From a virus, in IMG/VR virus record IMGVR_UViG_3300029337_000249: a stretch of 64,000 bases of DNA. One strand, given 5' to 3'. Shown here in pieces: positions 9,121-18,547 of the stretch. Positions within the stretch are counted from its first letter, which is position 1. Every line of letters begins with the position of its first letter. The notes under the pieces are model-generated. The model ran no database searches and was not told where the DNA came from. It saw only the letters and a list, made by a program, of their open reading frames with translations. The position numbers and the translations under genes are program-made.

Positions 9121-9480
9121 ATGCCGTACAGACCAAAGACACCGTGCCATCACCCCGGCTGCCCGGAGCTGGTGGAAGCCGGCCGACTCTACTGTGAGAA
9201 GCACCTGCCTCTCCACCCGGAAGTCACCCGCCCGGCAGCGAAGCGTGGATACAACAGACGGTGGCAGAAAGCCAGAAAGTCGTATCTGGAAGCCCATCCG
9301 CTCTGTGTGCAGTGCGCCAAGCAGGGCAAGTACGTCCGGGCAACGGTGGTGGATCACATCATTCCGCACCGTGGTGACCAGAAACTTTTCTGGGATCAGA
9401 ACAACTGGCAGCCGCTCTGCAAGAGCTGTCACGATAAGAAGACGCTGACCGAAGACATCAACCCGATTTACACCTACTGA
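9121..9480 (+). CDS. HNH endonuclease
   Basis: CxxC...DHIIPHRGD...NWQPLCKSCHDKKT HNH/zinc motif. Confidence 0.88.
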   Translation: MPYRPKTPCHHPGCPELVEAGRLYCEKHLPLHPEVTRPAAKRGYNRRWQKARKSYLEAHPLCVQCAKQGKYVRATVVDHIIPHRGDQKLFWDQNNWQPLCKSCHDKKTLTEDINPIYTY

Positions 9481-9880
9481 CAGCCCCACCGGGGCCGGGG
9501 TCACTTCTCTACGGTGAAGTCACACGGAGACCGGTGCGCCCTTTTCTGTGAAAAACCGCAAAATTCATAGGCCGGGGGTCAGAGGATTAACGGCGCAAAA
9601 TGAAACAGGAAAATGTACAGGCATCGGAGCTTCGGTTCCGGTGCAATCCTTTTTCCCCGAAATGAACCAAAGTGTGTGAAACCTCTCGTAAACAGGGAGC
9701 TTTCGCACATTTTAGCTTGTTCCGGGAGGAGCAGGGGCGAGCGGGAATCGGCCGCCGCAACAACGATCCAACCTGGCGGGGCAGTGCCGATTTCAACTTC
9801 GCTGCTTTTCGTATGTATTTTGAAATTTTTCTAAGAAACCGCCGAAGAAACGGCGAAAAATGAGAGTGAGGTGAGGGCAG

Positions 9881-10201
9881 ATGGAAGATTACACGGCTGA
9901 GATGATCAGGGACATGGCGTTTTCCTTCTGCCCTCAGTGCGGTACGGCAATCGTACCAAGCCATAAAGGCAGACCACGGAAGTTCTGCTCACCGGAATGC
10001 CGGTCACGGTGGAACAACACCCACCCGAAACCAGAGAACTGGAAGACCGTGCGGTCAAAGATCTGTCCGGTGTGCGGCAGGGAGTTTTCCTACCGGCACC
10101 AGTATGGTCTGGAACGGAAATATTGCAGCCGTGCCTGTGCAAACAAAGGACGCTGGAAGGAGGGCGATGCAAATGGAAGGACCGCTGAACATAGAACGTG
10201 A
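9881..10201 (+). CDS. zinc-ribbon protein with two CxxCG...RKFCSxxCR units (putative regulator)
   Basis: Repeated Cys motifs FCPQCG...RKFCSPECR and CPVCG...RKYCSRAC; overlaps next gene by 35 nt in another frame. Confidence 0.5.
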   Translation: MEDYTAEMIRDMAFSFCPQCGTAIVPSHKGRPRKFCSPECRSRWNNTHPKPENWKTVRSKICPVCGREFSYRHQYGLERKYCSRACANKGRWKEGDANGRTAEHRT

Positions 10202-10667
10202 TGTGGTAAAGAATGGTGTCCGGCTGGACTGTGTGTTTGAGGGCTATGAGTACCGCCCGGAGAGAGAAGAAGTCCGAAGCCAGCGGCTTGCCGGGTTTGG
10301 ATGTGTGGAGATCGCAGAAAACACCGGGCTTTCTTTGGAACAGGTCACGGATTACTGCCGGGAACTGGGCCTGCCGGAAACGGGGAGCTGCCAGTTACAG
10401 CCACCGGATGGGTCGGGGGAACGGCGCTGTCCAGTGTGCGGACGGATTCTCGTGCAGAGAGGGAACAGTGGTCGGAGACGGTTCTGTTCTCCAGCTTGCC
10501 GGGAGGAATATTACAGGCAGCATAAGTCTTTTCGGATCGCGGTCTGTAAAAACTGTGGAAGGGAGTTCCATGCCGTAGATGAAGGAAAACGGCAGCGGAA
10601 GTTCTGCAGTCTGAATTGTTACTGGGATTATCGATACGGGATGAAGGGAGTGGATGAGGATGAGTAA
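10167..10667 (+). CDS. HTH (sigma-r4-like) + double zinc-ribbon protein, paralogous Cys units to previous gene
   Basis: ATG 10167 after GGAAGGAGGG RBS; LAGFGCVEIAENTGLSLEQVTDYCRELGL HTH then CPVCG...RRRFCSPACR and CKNCG...RKFCSLNC. Confidence 0.55.
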   Translation: MQMEGPLNIERDVVKNGVRLDCVFEGYEYRPEREEVRSQRLAGFGCVEIAENTGLSLEQVTDYCRELGLPETGSCQLQPPDGSGERRCPVCGRILVQRGNSGRRRFCSPACREEYYRQHKSFRIAVCKNCGREFHAVDEGKRQRKFCSLNCYWDYRYGMKGVDEDE

Positions 10668-10878
10668 GATTATCGGTGTGTTTCCGATGTTCAACACCGG
10701 GAGTATCTGTGTACATGCGATTGACGATGCGGAAGATAAGGTCCTGGCATCCGTGAACGGGGAAAACCCGGAATGGTGCGAGATGGCTGAACATCCGCAG
10801 GAAGATGGAGATGAGATGGAGTCGGGCTTTTTGTTCGGCTCCTTTTTCGTGCCGTTCTCCGGGGTCATGCGCATGTGA
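10660..10878 (+). CDS. hypothetical small protein (72 aa)
   Basis: ATG 10660 nine nt after AAGGGAG; acidic C-terminal region; weak. Confidence 0.35.
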   Translation: MSKIIGVFPMFNTGSICVHAIDDAEDKVLASVNGENPEWCEMAEHPQEDGDEMESGFLFGSFFVPFSGVMRM

Positions 10879-10899
10879 ATCTGAATTAGGAGGGCTTAC

Positions 10900-12168
10900 A
10901 TGAAAGCGACTGCTGAACTGAAGATGCTGCCGGTGTCCGTACTTAAGCCGGCCGCATACAATCCCCGGAAAAAGCTGAAGCCGGGGGACAAAGAGTACGA
11001 GAAGATCAAGAACTCCATCACGGAGTTCGGGTTCGCAGATCCTTTGGTGGTCAATGCCGATATGACAATCATCGGCGGCCACCAGAGATTGACCGTAGCG
11101 ATGGAGCTGGGCTATACCGAAGTGCCTTGTGCGGTGGTGGACATCGACAAGACCAGGGAAAAAGCCCTGAACATTGCGCTCAATAAGATCACGGGTGCAT
11201 GGGATGATTCCCTGCTGGCTGATCTTTTGAAGGACATCGAGGATTCTAACTTCGACCTTGGCAAGACCGGCTTTGATCCCCCTGAGATCGAGACGCTGTT
11301 CAACAAGGTCCACAGTAAGGAAGTCAAGGAAGATGACTTCGATGTGGAATCGGAACTGAAGCAACCGTGCTTTTCCAAAGAGGGCGACCTCTGGCATCTG
11401 GGAAAGCACATCGTTCTGTGCGGGGATTCCACCAAAGCAGAATGCTATGACACTCTGATGGATGGCGTGAAAGCCAACCTTGTGCTTTCGGACCCTCCGT
11501 ACAATGTGGACGTGGAAGAAACCGCTGGCAAGATCCTGAACGACAACATGGGCGATTCGGAATTCTACGAGTTTCTGCTGTCGGCATTCAAACAGATGCA
11601 TGACCATCTGGCGGACGATGGCTCCATCTATATCTTTCATGCCGACACCGAAGGATTGAACTTCCGAAAGGCGTTCAAGGATGCCGGGTTCTATCTGTCC
11701 GGGTGCTGTATCTGGAAGAAGAATGCGCTGGTGCTGGGCCGCAGTCCTTACCAGTGGCAGCACGAACCGTGTCTCTACGGCTGGAAGCAGAAGGGGAAGC
11801 ACCAGTGGTATTCCGACCGGAAGCAGACGACCATATGGGAGTATGACCGGCCGAAGTCCAACAAGGACCATCCGACCATGAAGCCCATCGGTCTGATGAG
11901 CTATCCGATTCGCAATTCCACTATGACCAACGGCATCGTGCTTGATCCGTTCCTCGGCAGTGGCTCGACACTGATCGCCTGCGAAGAGACCGACCGTGTG
12001 TGCCGGGGCATCGAGCTAGACCCGAAGTTCGTGGATGTCATCGTGAAGCGGTACATCGAACACAGCGATGGTCACTACGATGATGTGTTTGTTGTCCGTG
12101 ACGGCCAGAAGCTGAAGTTCGAGGAAGTGGCAACCTTCGAGCCGGAAAGCGAGAATGCCGATGCCTGA
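10900..12168 (+). CDS. ParB-like nuclease N-terminal domain fused to N6-adenine/N4-cytosine DNA methyltransferase
   Basis: N-term ParB/Srx block (MTIIGGHQRLTVAMELGYTEVPCAVVD), catalytic DPPY motif (VLSDPPYN) and SAM-binding DPFLGSGST. Confidence 0.9.
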   Translation: MKATAELKMLPVSVLKPAAYNPRKKLKPGDKEYEKIKNSITEFGFADPLVVNADMTIIGGHQRLTVAMELGYTEVPCAVVDIDKTREKALNIALNKITGAWDDSLLADLLKDIEDSNFDLGKTGFDPPEIETLFNKVHSKEVKEDDFDVESELKQPCFSKEGDLWHLGKHIVLCGDSTKAECYDTLMDGVKANLVLSDPPYNVDVEETAGKILNDNMGDSEFYEFLLSAFKQMHDHLADDGSIYIFHADTEGLNFRKAFKDAGFYLSGCCIWKKNALVLGRSPYQWQHEPCLYGWKQKGKHQWYSDRKQTTIWEYDRPKSNKDHPTMKPIGLMSYPIRNSTMTNGIVLDPFLGSGSTLIACEETDRVCRGIELDPKFVDVIVKRYIEHSDGHYDDVFVVRDGQKLKFEEVATFEPESENADA

Positions 12169-12934
12169 TGTGAAATGTGTCCTCATCCACGACAACTTCC
12201 AGAACTTCAAGTCCTATAACATCCCCAAGGCGCAGCTGGTGATCGCAGATATTCCGTACAACATCGGTACAGATTTCTATGCCAGCCGGCCGGATTGGTA
12301 TGTGGATGGCGACAACAAAAACGGGGAGAGCAGCAAGGCGAGGAAGGCGGCGTTCAATACCGACTTCACCTTCAACATTGCAGAGTATTTCCACTTCTGC
12401 AACCGACTGTTGAAGAAAGAACCCGGCACAGGAGAGAAGGATGCACCGTGCATGATCGTGTTCTGCGCGTTCCAGCAGATCCCGAAGGTGATCACAGAAG
12501 CTGAAAAATACGGCTTCAAGAATTATATCCCTCTGGTGTTCTGCAAGAACTACAGTCCGCAGGTGCTCAAAGCCAACATGAAGATCGTGGGTGCAACGGA
12601 GTATGCTCTGGTTCTGTACCGGGGAAAGCTCCCGAAGTTCCGTAATCTCGGTGAGGACGGAAAGCCTCATATGATCTTCAACTGGTTTGACTGGAAGCGG
12701 GATGGCAGGGAATATCCGAAAATCCATCCTTCCCAGAAACCGATCTCCGTGCTGAAACGACTGATCGAGACCTTTACAGATGAGGGCGATGTGGTCATTG
12801 ACCCCTGCGCCGGCAGCGGCTCCACGCTGAGAGCAGCAAGAGAACTGGGGCGCAACAGCTACGGATTTGAAGTATCCAGAGATTTTTACCGGAAAGCAAA
12901 TGAGCAGATGCTCGGAGAGGAGGTCGCCGGATGA
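12155..12934 (+). CDS. DNA methyltransferase (N6A/N4C family, DxPY variant DIPY)
   Basis: ADIPYNIG catalytic motif, HPSQKP, DPCAGSGST SAM-binding motif. Confidence 0.85.
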   Translation: MPMPDVKCVLIHDNFQNFKSYNIPKAQLVIADIPYNIGTDFYASRPDWYVDGDNKNGESSKARKAAFNTDFTFNIAEYFHFCNRLLKKEPGTGEKDAPCMIVFCAFQQIPKVITEAEKYGFKNYIPLVFCKNYSPQVLKANMKIVGATEYALVLYRGKLPKFRNLGEDGKPHMIFNWFDWKRDGREYPKIHPSQKPISVLKRLIETFTDEGDVVIDPCAGSGSTLRAARELGRNSYGFEVSRDFYRKANEQMLGEEVAG

Positions 12935-15162
12935 GCACAGAACAGAATAAGACTTTGACCCTCGGCAGCCTCTTTGATGGCTCCGGGGGTTTTCCATTGG
13001 GCGGTCTGTTGACCGGGCAGATCACTCCGGTGTGGAGCAGCGAGATCGAGCCGTTTGCCATCCGGGTCACGACGAAGCGTCTGCCGCAGGTGAAACACTA
13101 CGGAGATGTGTCTGCCATCAGTGGAGCAGACCTGCCGCCCGTGGACATTATCACCTTTGGCAGTCCCTGTCAGGATATGTCCATCGCTGGTAAGCGGGAC
13201 GGTCTGGATGGTTCACGGTCCAGTCTGTTTTACGAAGCAATCCGAATCGTGAAGGAAATGAGGTGCAAGACCAATGGAGAAAAACCAAGATTTATCGTGT
13301 GGGAGAATGTGCCAGGGGCCTTCTCTTCAAACAAGGGACAGGACTTCAAAGCAGTCCTCGAAGCCGTCATCGGTGTTAAAGAACCGGCCGCCTCGGTGCC
13401 TGCGCCTGAGAAGAAAGGATGGCCCGACGCTGACTACTACGTGGGAGACGGATGGAGCGTCGCGTATCGAGTTCTTGATGCACAATGGTGGGGCGTTCCC
13501 CAAAGAAGAAAACGTATCTACCTTGTCGCAGATTTTGCAGACCAGAGTGCCCCAAAGGTACTATTTGAGTCCGAAGGCGTGTCTCGGTATTCTGCGGAGA
13601 GCTTCCGTGCGTGGCAAAGAGCTGCCGCCTGTGCTGAAAGAAGCATTGGAGAGACAGGCTGCGGAAACGGAAGAATCGTCTTGAATGATCAGGGTGGAGC
13701 ACAGATGGATGTATCCCATGAAGTGACCGGGACGCTCCGGGCAGAGGATCATGGGCATCCACCCTGCGTTATGGAGGCGGCAGGCTTCTGCACTGAACAC
13801 TCCGCCAATGCCAGAAGCATCGGGTACGAGGAAGAACGCTCACCGACACTCCGGGCCGGTGTGGTTCCGGCCGCCATTGCACTGGAAAATCATCCTGCGG
13901 ACAGCCGGGTGAAGATTTCCGAGGATGGCAAGGTGCAGACGCTGACCAGCCGGTGCGGTACAGGCGGCGGCAATGTTCCGCTGGTCATGGGAGTTGAAAA
14001 CTCTGTGGAAAGCCCGGTGAAAGATGTTGAAAACTCCCCGGCGGTCACACTGAAGATCCGCTCTGGATGTGATGGAGGCGGAAAGGGCGCGATCTGGCAA
14101 GAGGAAAAATCGGCAACTCTGGGCTGCAACAATGACCAGACGCTGTTCGTTCCGAAAGCCTACGGTGTCTGTTCCAAGGCAAGCCACTCCATGATGAGTG
14201 ACAATCCGCACAGCGGTTTCTATGAAGCCAGCACCTCTCGGACACTCGACCGCAGCGGTGGTGACCCGACCTGCAATCAGGGAGGGCTGTGCATCTGTGA
14301 ACCTGTTGTCTGCGTGGATCAGGGTGGCGGAAAGTCGAACTGCACGGTGGACGAACAGGTGGCACCGCCTTTGTCCTGTACCCACGGCGGCGCACCGGCA
14401 GTGGCTTTTACCCAGAATCAGCGGGATGAAGTCCGGGATCTGGGAGATAAGTCAGCAGCACTGGCAGCAGAGCCGGGGATGAAGCAGCAGACCTTCGTGG
14501 CACAGCCGGAAGATGTGACCGCATTCCACGTAAATCAGCGCAATGAGCTGATCGACCTGCATGGAAAGTCCGGCGCACTCATGGCGACCCGGAGCGACCA
14601 GATGCAGACCTTTGTGCTGCAGGGCAACATGATCGGCCGCAAGGACGAGAACGGCCCGCAGGGGGATGGGGTCAATGAGGATGTCTGCTTCACGCTGGAT
14701 GCCACTGACCGCCATGCAGTCTGTGTCCCGGAAAGCGTCTATGCCATGACTACCGGCTCCTATATGCAGGTGGAGAAAGAGGTTGCGCCGACCTTGATGG
14801 CACGGGACTACAAAGACCCGACCACCATTGCACCGGTGCCGCAGGATGTCAGCTACACAGTCCGCCGACTGACACCAATCGAATGCGCCCGGTTGCAGGG
14901 CTTTCCGGACTGGTGGTGCAGTGACCTCGGCGCGGAGAATCCGACCGATGAAGAGCTGGCATTCTGGGCAGATGTGTTTGAAACACACCGCAGGATCGTG
15001 ACGCAGGCGAAGAAACCAAAGACAGAGAAACAGATCCGCAAATGGCTGGCTGACCCGTATTCGGATGCGGCAGAGTACAAACTCTGGGGCAACGGCGTGG
15101 CACTGCCCTGTGTTTACTTCGTTCTGGCCGGCATCGCATGGTACGCAGGTCTGGAAGAATAA
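12931..15162 (+). CDS. DNA (cytosine-5)-methyltransferase, unusually long (743 aa) with large repetitive variable region
   Basis: Motif I FDGSGG, motif IV GSPCQDMS, motif VI ENV, QRRKR, C-terminal RRLTPIECARLQGFPDWW; ~430-aa insert containing many T-L dipeptide segments and an internal tandem repeat (AFTQNQRDEVRDLGDKSAAL / AFHVNQRNELIDLHGKSGAL). Confidence 0.9.
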   Translation: MSTEQNKTLTLGSLFDGSGGFPLGGLLTGQITPVWSSEIEPFAIRVTTKRLPQVKHYGDVSAISGADLPPVDIITFGSPCQDMSIAGKRDGLDGSRSSLFYEAIRIVKEMRCKTNGEKPRFIVWENVPGAFSSNKGQDFKAVLEAVIGVKEPAASVPAPEKKGWPDADYYVGDGWSVAYRVLDAQWWGVPQRRKRIYLVADFADQSAPKVLFESEGVSRYSAESFRAWQRAAACAERSIGETGCGNGRIVLNDQGGAQMDVSHEVTGTLRAEDHGHPPCVMEAAGFCTEHSANARSIGYEEERSPTLRAGVVPAAIALENHPADSRVKISEDGKVQTLTSRCGTGGGNVPLVMGVENSVESPVKDVENSPAVTLKIRSGCDGGGKGAIWQEEKSATLGCNNDQTLFVPKAYGVCSKASHSMMSDNPHSGFYEASTSRTLDRSGGDPTCNQGGLCICEPVVCVDQGGGKSNCTVDEQVAPPLSCTHGGAPAVAFTQNQRDEVRDLGDKSAALAAEPGMKQQTFVAQPEDVTAFHVNQRNELIDLHGKSGALMATRSDQMQTFVLQGNMIGRKDENGPQGDGVNEDVCFTLDATDRHAVCVPESVYAMTTGSYMQVEKEVAPTLMARDYKDPTTIAPVPQDVSYTVRRLTPIECARLQGFPDWWCSDLGAENPTDEELAFWADVFETHRRIVTQAKKPKTEKQIRKWLADPYSDAAEYKLWGNGVALPCVYFVLAGIAWYAGLEE

Positions 15163-15294
15163 ACTGGCCCGCTATATTACTAGGTAGAAAGCGACCTGGT
15201 GATATGGTGGGCTTACATATTGGTCCTATTTACACAACAGATTTTGCGGTCCCTTGTGTAAATGGTCGAACATGAAGAATATCGCGAAATGGCC

Positions 15295-15323
15295 TTGCTA
15301 TTCATCCATTTTAGAGTGATATA
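15295..15323 (+). promoter_or_regulatory. variant copy of repeated promoter cassette (-35 TTGCTA, 17-nt spacer, -10 GATATA) preceded by inverted repeat ATTTACACAA-N16-TTGTGTAAAT (15232-15267)
   Basis: Shares GGCCTTGCTAT...CTACCGAAAAG context with other cassette copies; upstream of acidic protein gene. Confidence 0.45.
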
Positions 15324-15385
15324 TGTGCTACCGAAAAGAACATCGGGATGCACAAAAACAAATGAACGAAAAGGAGCGATGAATT

Positions 15386-16558
15386 ATGTTGAAATTTAAA
15401 CTGAACGTAGCCGAGAGAAAGACCCTCGCAAAACGCATGGAGGAGCTGACCGGCATCCACCCTTACTATACCAAAGCACCTCTGTATTCTTACGACATCG
15501 GGAGCTACACCATCGACCGGAATGGCAACCTTCTGGTCGAGCCGGAGAATGCAGATGCCGAGCTGCTGACGACCCTGCTGAATGAGGGACTGATCCGCGG
15601 CGGCGAGAGTATTGAGAGCACGGATGACCAGCCGGAGGACACAGAGCTGACAGCGGATATGGATGAGGAGCCTGTGACCGAAGCGGAAACTGAGCAGATG
15701 CCCGAAGCAGAGCTGGAGGTTCTGGACGAGCAGGAATCCGAAGATGCAAGTACCGCAGAAGCCGAATCCGAGGATGCATTGGAGCCGGATAATGCGGCAG
15801 AGGATGAGCCGGATGCAGAGGGGCCGGAAAGCGAGGAGCAATCAGAAGCAGAAGACCAGCCGGAAGAGGTGCCGCTGGACTTGGAACTTGCATTCCCGGT
15901 CAGCCAGCACAACGGTGTGACTCTCCGCAACCTGGTCAACCTTCTTTACAGCCGCGGCAAGCTCATCGGCAAGGCGACTGGCGGAAACTTCCATGTGGAA
16001 GAGGGACTGGTGGAGAAGCTGAAAGACGATAGCTGCACCTTTGCCATCATGAACTTCATCAACGCGGTAAGCGACTATGAGGTTGAGCATGGTGCTGCAC
16101 TGGAAGGCCTGAAGATTACCACCGAGAAGGTCACCTTCACCGGCTTCCCGACCGCACCGGACCACGAACACCTGACGGCTTTTGCACAGCTGGCGGTGCT
16201 GATGAACCAGCAGGCGATCAGCCAGAAGCGTATCCAGGCAAAGGATGTCAACGATGAGAATGAGAAATACGCACTCCGCACATGGCTCCTGCGGCTGGGG
16301 ATGAACGGTCCGGACTTCAAAGAAACACGCAAGATCCTCATGGAGAATCTTTCCGGCCATGCGGCTTTCCGCACGGATGAGGAAGCACAGAAGTTCCTCG
16401 CAAGGGAAAAGGCAAAACGGGATGCCCTGAAAGCCGCGAAACAGGCGGCACAGGAGGGCAGTGCCTCCGCAGGGGAAACGATCGCATCAGCAGATGCCGA
16501 GCCGACACAGCCCGACTGTGGGGCAGACACGGCGCAGATGCTGGAGGCGGGAGCGTAA
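15386..16558 (+). CDS. acidic protein: N-terminal ~70-aa domain, ~110-aa D/E-rich disordered linker, C-terminal domain homologous to the C-terminal half of the adjacent amidoligase (lacks catalytic N-terminal motifs)
   Basis: AAGGAG RBS; C-terminal TLRNLVNLLYSRGKLIGKA..KVTFTGF..AFAQLAVLMNQ..KYALRTWLLRLG aligns with amidoligase TIRNLVNIMAAHEQQIGRA..TIEFRLF..AYIQLCLAMSQ..KYAMRCWMLRLG. Confidence 0.65.
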   Translation: MLKFKLNVAERKTLAKRMEELTGIHPYYTKAPLYSYDIGSYTIDRNGNLLVEPENADAELLTTLLNEGLIRGGESIESTDDQPEDTELTADMDEEPVTEAETEQMPEAELEVLDEQESEDASTAEAESEDALEPDNAAEDEPDAEGPESEEQSEAEDQPEEVPLDLELAFPVSQHNGVTLRNLVNLLYSRGKLIGKATGGNFHVEEGLVEKLKDDSCTFAIMNFINAVSDYEVEHGAALEGLKITTEKVTFTGFPTAPDHEHLTAFAQLAVLMNQQAISQKRIQAKDVNDENEKYALRTWLLRLGMNGPDFKETRKILMENLSGHAAFRTDEEAQKFLAREKAKRDALKAAKQAAQEGSASAGETIASADAEPTQPDCGADTAQMLEAGA

Positions 16559-16714
16559 GCTCCCAAGCTCCCAATGGGGGACGGAAAATATGCGAGACCC
16601 TCTTTCATTGTAACGATATTAACTCTGAAAATGTACATTATCAAGCGGATAAACTGCAGAAATGTACACGATCATTCCTCTCGATATTTGTCGAATATAT
16701 GTTCTTTTATGGCC

Positions 16715-16743
16715 TTGCTATTATGTGCACCTGACGGTAATAT
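16715..16743 (+). promoter_or_regulatory. repeated promoter cassette copy (-35 TTGCTA 16715-20, 17-nt spacer, -10 TAATAT 16738-43) driving amidoligase gene
   Basis: Consensus-like sigma-70 spacing; conserved flanks GGCCTTGCTAT and CACATACCGAAAGGGA shared with 7 other copies; two AAATGTACA half-sites upstream (16631-16675). Confidence 0.55.
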
Positions 16744-16790
16744 GCACATACCGAAAGGGAAAACAAGGAAAAAACAAAGGAGAACATACC

Positions 16791-17729
16791 ATGAACGATA
16801 AAACAAGAGAGCAGATTGAAGCCATGAAGAACCAGACCATCGGAGTTGAGATCGAGATGAACAACATCACCAGAGAAAAAGCGGCAAGAAAGGTCGCGGA
16901 GTACTTCGGAACCAGAGCATGGAACGCCGCCGGCGAGTACGGATATTACAGCTGGGCTTGCAAGGACCAGCAGGGCAGGGTTTGGAAATTCCAGAGGGAT
17001 GTGAGCATCTACGGACCGGACGCAGAAAAATGCGAACTGGTCACCCCGATCCTCACCTACGACGACATCGAAACCTTGCAGGAGATTATCCGGCTGCTCC
17101 GAAAGGCAGGCGCAAAGAGCGGCCCAAGCCGCGGATGCGGAGTCCACATCCACATCGGCAAAGGGGACCACACCGCAAAGACCATCCGCAACCTTGTGAA
17201 CATCATGGCGGCACACGAACAGCAGATCGGCAGAGCCATCCGGATTGACGCAGGGCGCACCGGACAATATTGCCAGGTGGTCAATCACCGCTTCCTCGAC
17301 CGGCTGAACCGTGAGAAGCCGACCACCATGCGCAAGCTGGAAGACATCTGGTACGAAGGCAACGGTTCCAGCTGGGAAAACCGGAATGCCCACTACAATT
17401 CAAGCCGGTACCATATGCTGAACCTCCATGCCACCTTCACGAAAGGGACCATTGAATTCCGCCTTTTCCAATTCGCAGACCCAGCGGACGGAAAGCGCAA
17501 CGGACTGCACGCCGGTGAGATGAAAGCCTACATCCAGCTTTGCCTCGCAATGAGCCAGCTTGCCAAGATGGTCAGAACGGCAAGCCCGAAGCCCCAGCAG
17601 ACCGACAACGAAAAGTACGCCATGCGGTGCTGGATGCTGAGGCTGGGATTCATCGGGGATGAATTTGCAACGGCAAGGGAGATCCTTCTGCGGAACATGG
17701 AGGGCAACGCATCCTGGCGGAACAAATAA
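16791..17729 (+). CDS. amidoligase (Amidoligase_2 / GCS2-glutamine-synthetase-like carboxylate-amine ligase family)
   Basis: N-terminal GVEIEMN and HIHIG motifs, ELRLF-like TIEFRLF block typical of phage/Firmicutes putative amidoligase family; neighbourhood with AIG2/GGCT genes as described for this family. Confidence 0.8.
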   Translation: MNDKTREQIEAMKNQTIGVEIEMNNITREKAARKVAEYFGTRAWNAAGEYGYYSWACKDQQGRVWKFQRDVSIYGPDAEKCELVTPILTYDDIETLQEIIRLLRKAGAKSGPSRGCGVHIHIGKGDHTAKTIRNLVNIMAAHEQQIGRAIRIDAGRTGQYCQVVNHRFLDRLNREKPTTMRKLEDIWYEGNGSSWENRNAHYNSSRYHMLNLHATFTKGTIEFRLFQFADPADGKRNGLHAGEMKAYIQLCLAMSQLAKMVRTASPKPQQTDNEKYAMRCWMLRLGFIGDEFATAREILLRNMEGNASWRNK

Positions 17730-17796
17730 GCCGGGATGCACGGGCACCTTTTGGGCGGGCAACCGCCCTTGAGGTGGTAGAAGGAGGTGCAGGTTT

Positions 17797-18033
17797 ATGA
17801 AAAGCACGTTAAAAAATGAAAACACACCGGGCGGCAGAGCCTTTAAGGTGACCATCACCGAGACCTACCAGAGGACGGTGACCATTTATGAATCCGAGAT
17901 GAAAGAGCCGACCGTGGAGGAAGCCCAGCGTGTGGCAGAGGACTGGTGGCGGGACAGCCAGATCGAGCTTGGGAAAGAGGATTTCCAGGGCGTGGAGTTC
18001 ACTGGCAGGGAGGACGGTGAGGCAGATGTTTGA
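17797..18033 (+). CDS. small protein (78 aa) between amidoligase and GGCT genes; possible substrate/partner
   Basis: AGGAGG RBS (17776-17786); stop overlaps next ATG; no domain. Confidence 0.5.
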   Translation: MKSTLKNENTPGGRAFKVTITETYQRTVTIYESEMKEPTVEEAQRVAEDWWRDSQIELGKEDFQGVEFTGREDGEADV

Positions 18034-18547
18034 ACTGATCAGCCGAAACCCATCCAGATATTATCTTGCCTACGGAAGCAACCTCGACATGGAACGGATG
18101 GGAAAGAGATGCCCTTACGCTGTGGTGGTCGGCACGACCGAGATCATGGGCTACCGGCTCCTGTTCAAAAAGAGTAAGACCGGCTGCTATGCCACCATCG
18201 AGCAGGATGCCAATGAAAGCGTACCGGCGGTGGTCTGGAAGCTCTCGGAATACGATGAGCTCCTGCTGGACCGATACGAAGGCTGCCCAAGATACTATTA
18301 TAAGAAGCAGTTCCAGCTTCCGGTCTGGAACCTGAACGGGAACCGCATGAAAAAGGCAAAGCCCTGCATCGCTTATGTGATGCACGAGGATCGGAGGCTT
18401 GGCTGCCCGGATGCCGAGTATTTTGAACTGCTGCGTGGCGGATACAGCGACTGGGAATTTCCGCTGGACACACTGAAGCGTGGACTGGCAGCCAGCATCG
18501 GAAGGGCGGAAGCCATCCGGTATCTGAAGAAGCGGCAGATGATGTAA
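18026..18547 (+). CDS. gamma-glutamyl cyclotransferase-like (AIG2/GGCT family) protein 1
   Basis: Signature YLAYGSNL near N-terminus and conserved catalytic Glu context (VWKLSEYDELLLDRYEG). Confidence 0.8.
   Translation: MFELISRNPSRYYLAYGSNLDMERMGKRCPYAVVVGTTEIMGYRLLFKKSKTGCYATIEQDANESVPAVVWKLSEYDELLLDRYEGCPRYYYKKQFQLPVWNLNGNRMKKAKPCIAYVMHEDRRLGCPDAEYFELLRGGYSDWEFPLDTLKRGLAASIGRAEAIRYLKKRQMM

Noticed and set aside
9481-9880. 400-nt GC-rich non-coding region between the HNH endonuclease and Zn-ribbon genes as an ncRNA or cos/pac site
   Set aside because: Only weak short hairpins were found, with no conserved RNA family motif or obvious repeat structure. The ORFs called inside it (9587-9964 minus strand, 9672-9863 plus strand) are low-complexity and unsupported, so it is left unannotated.
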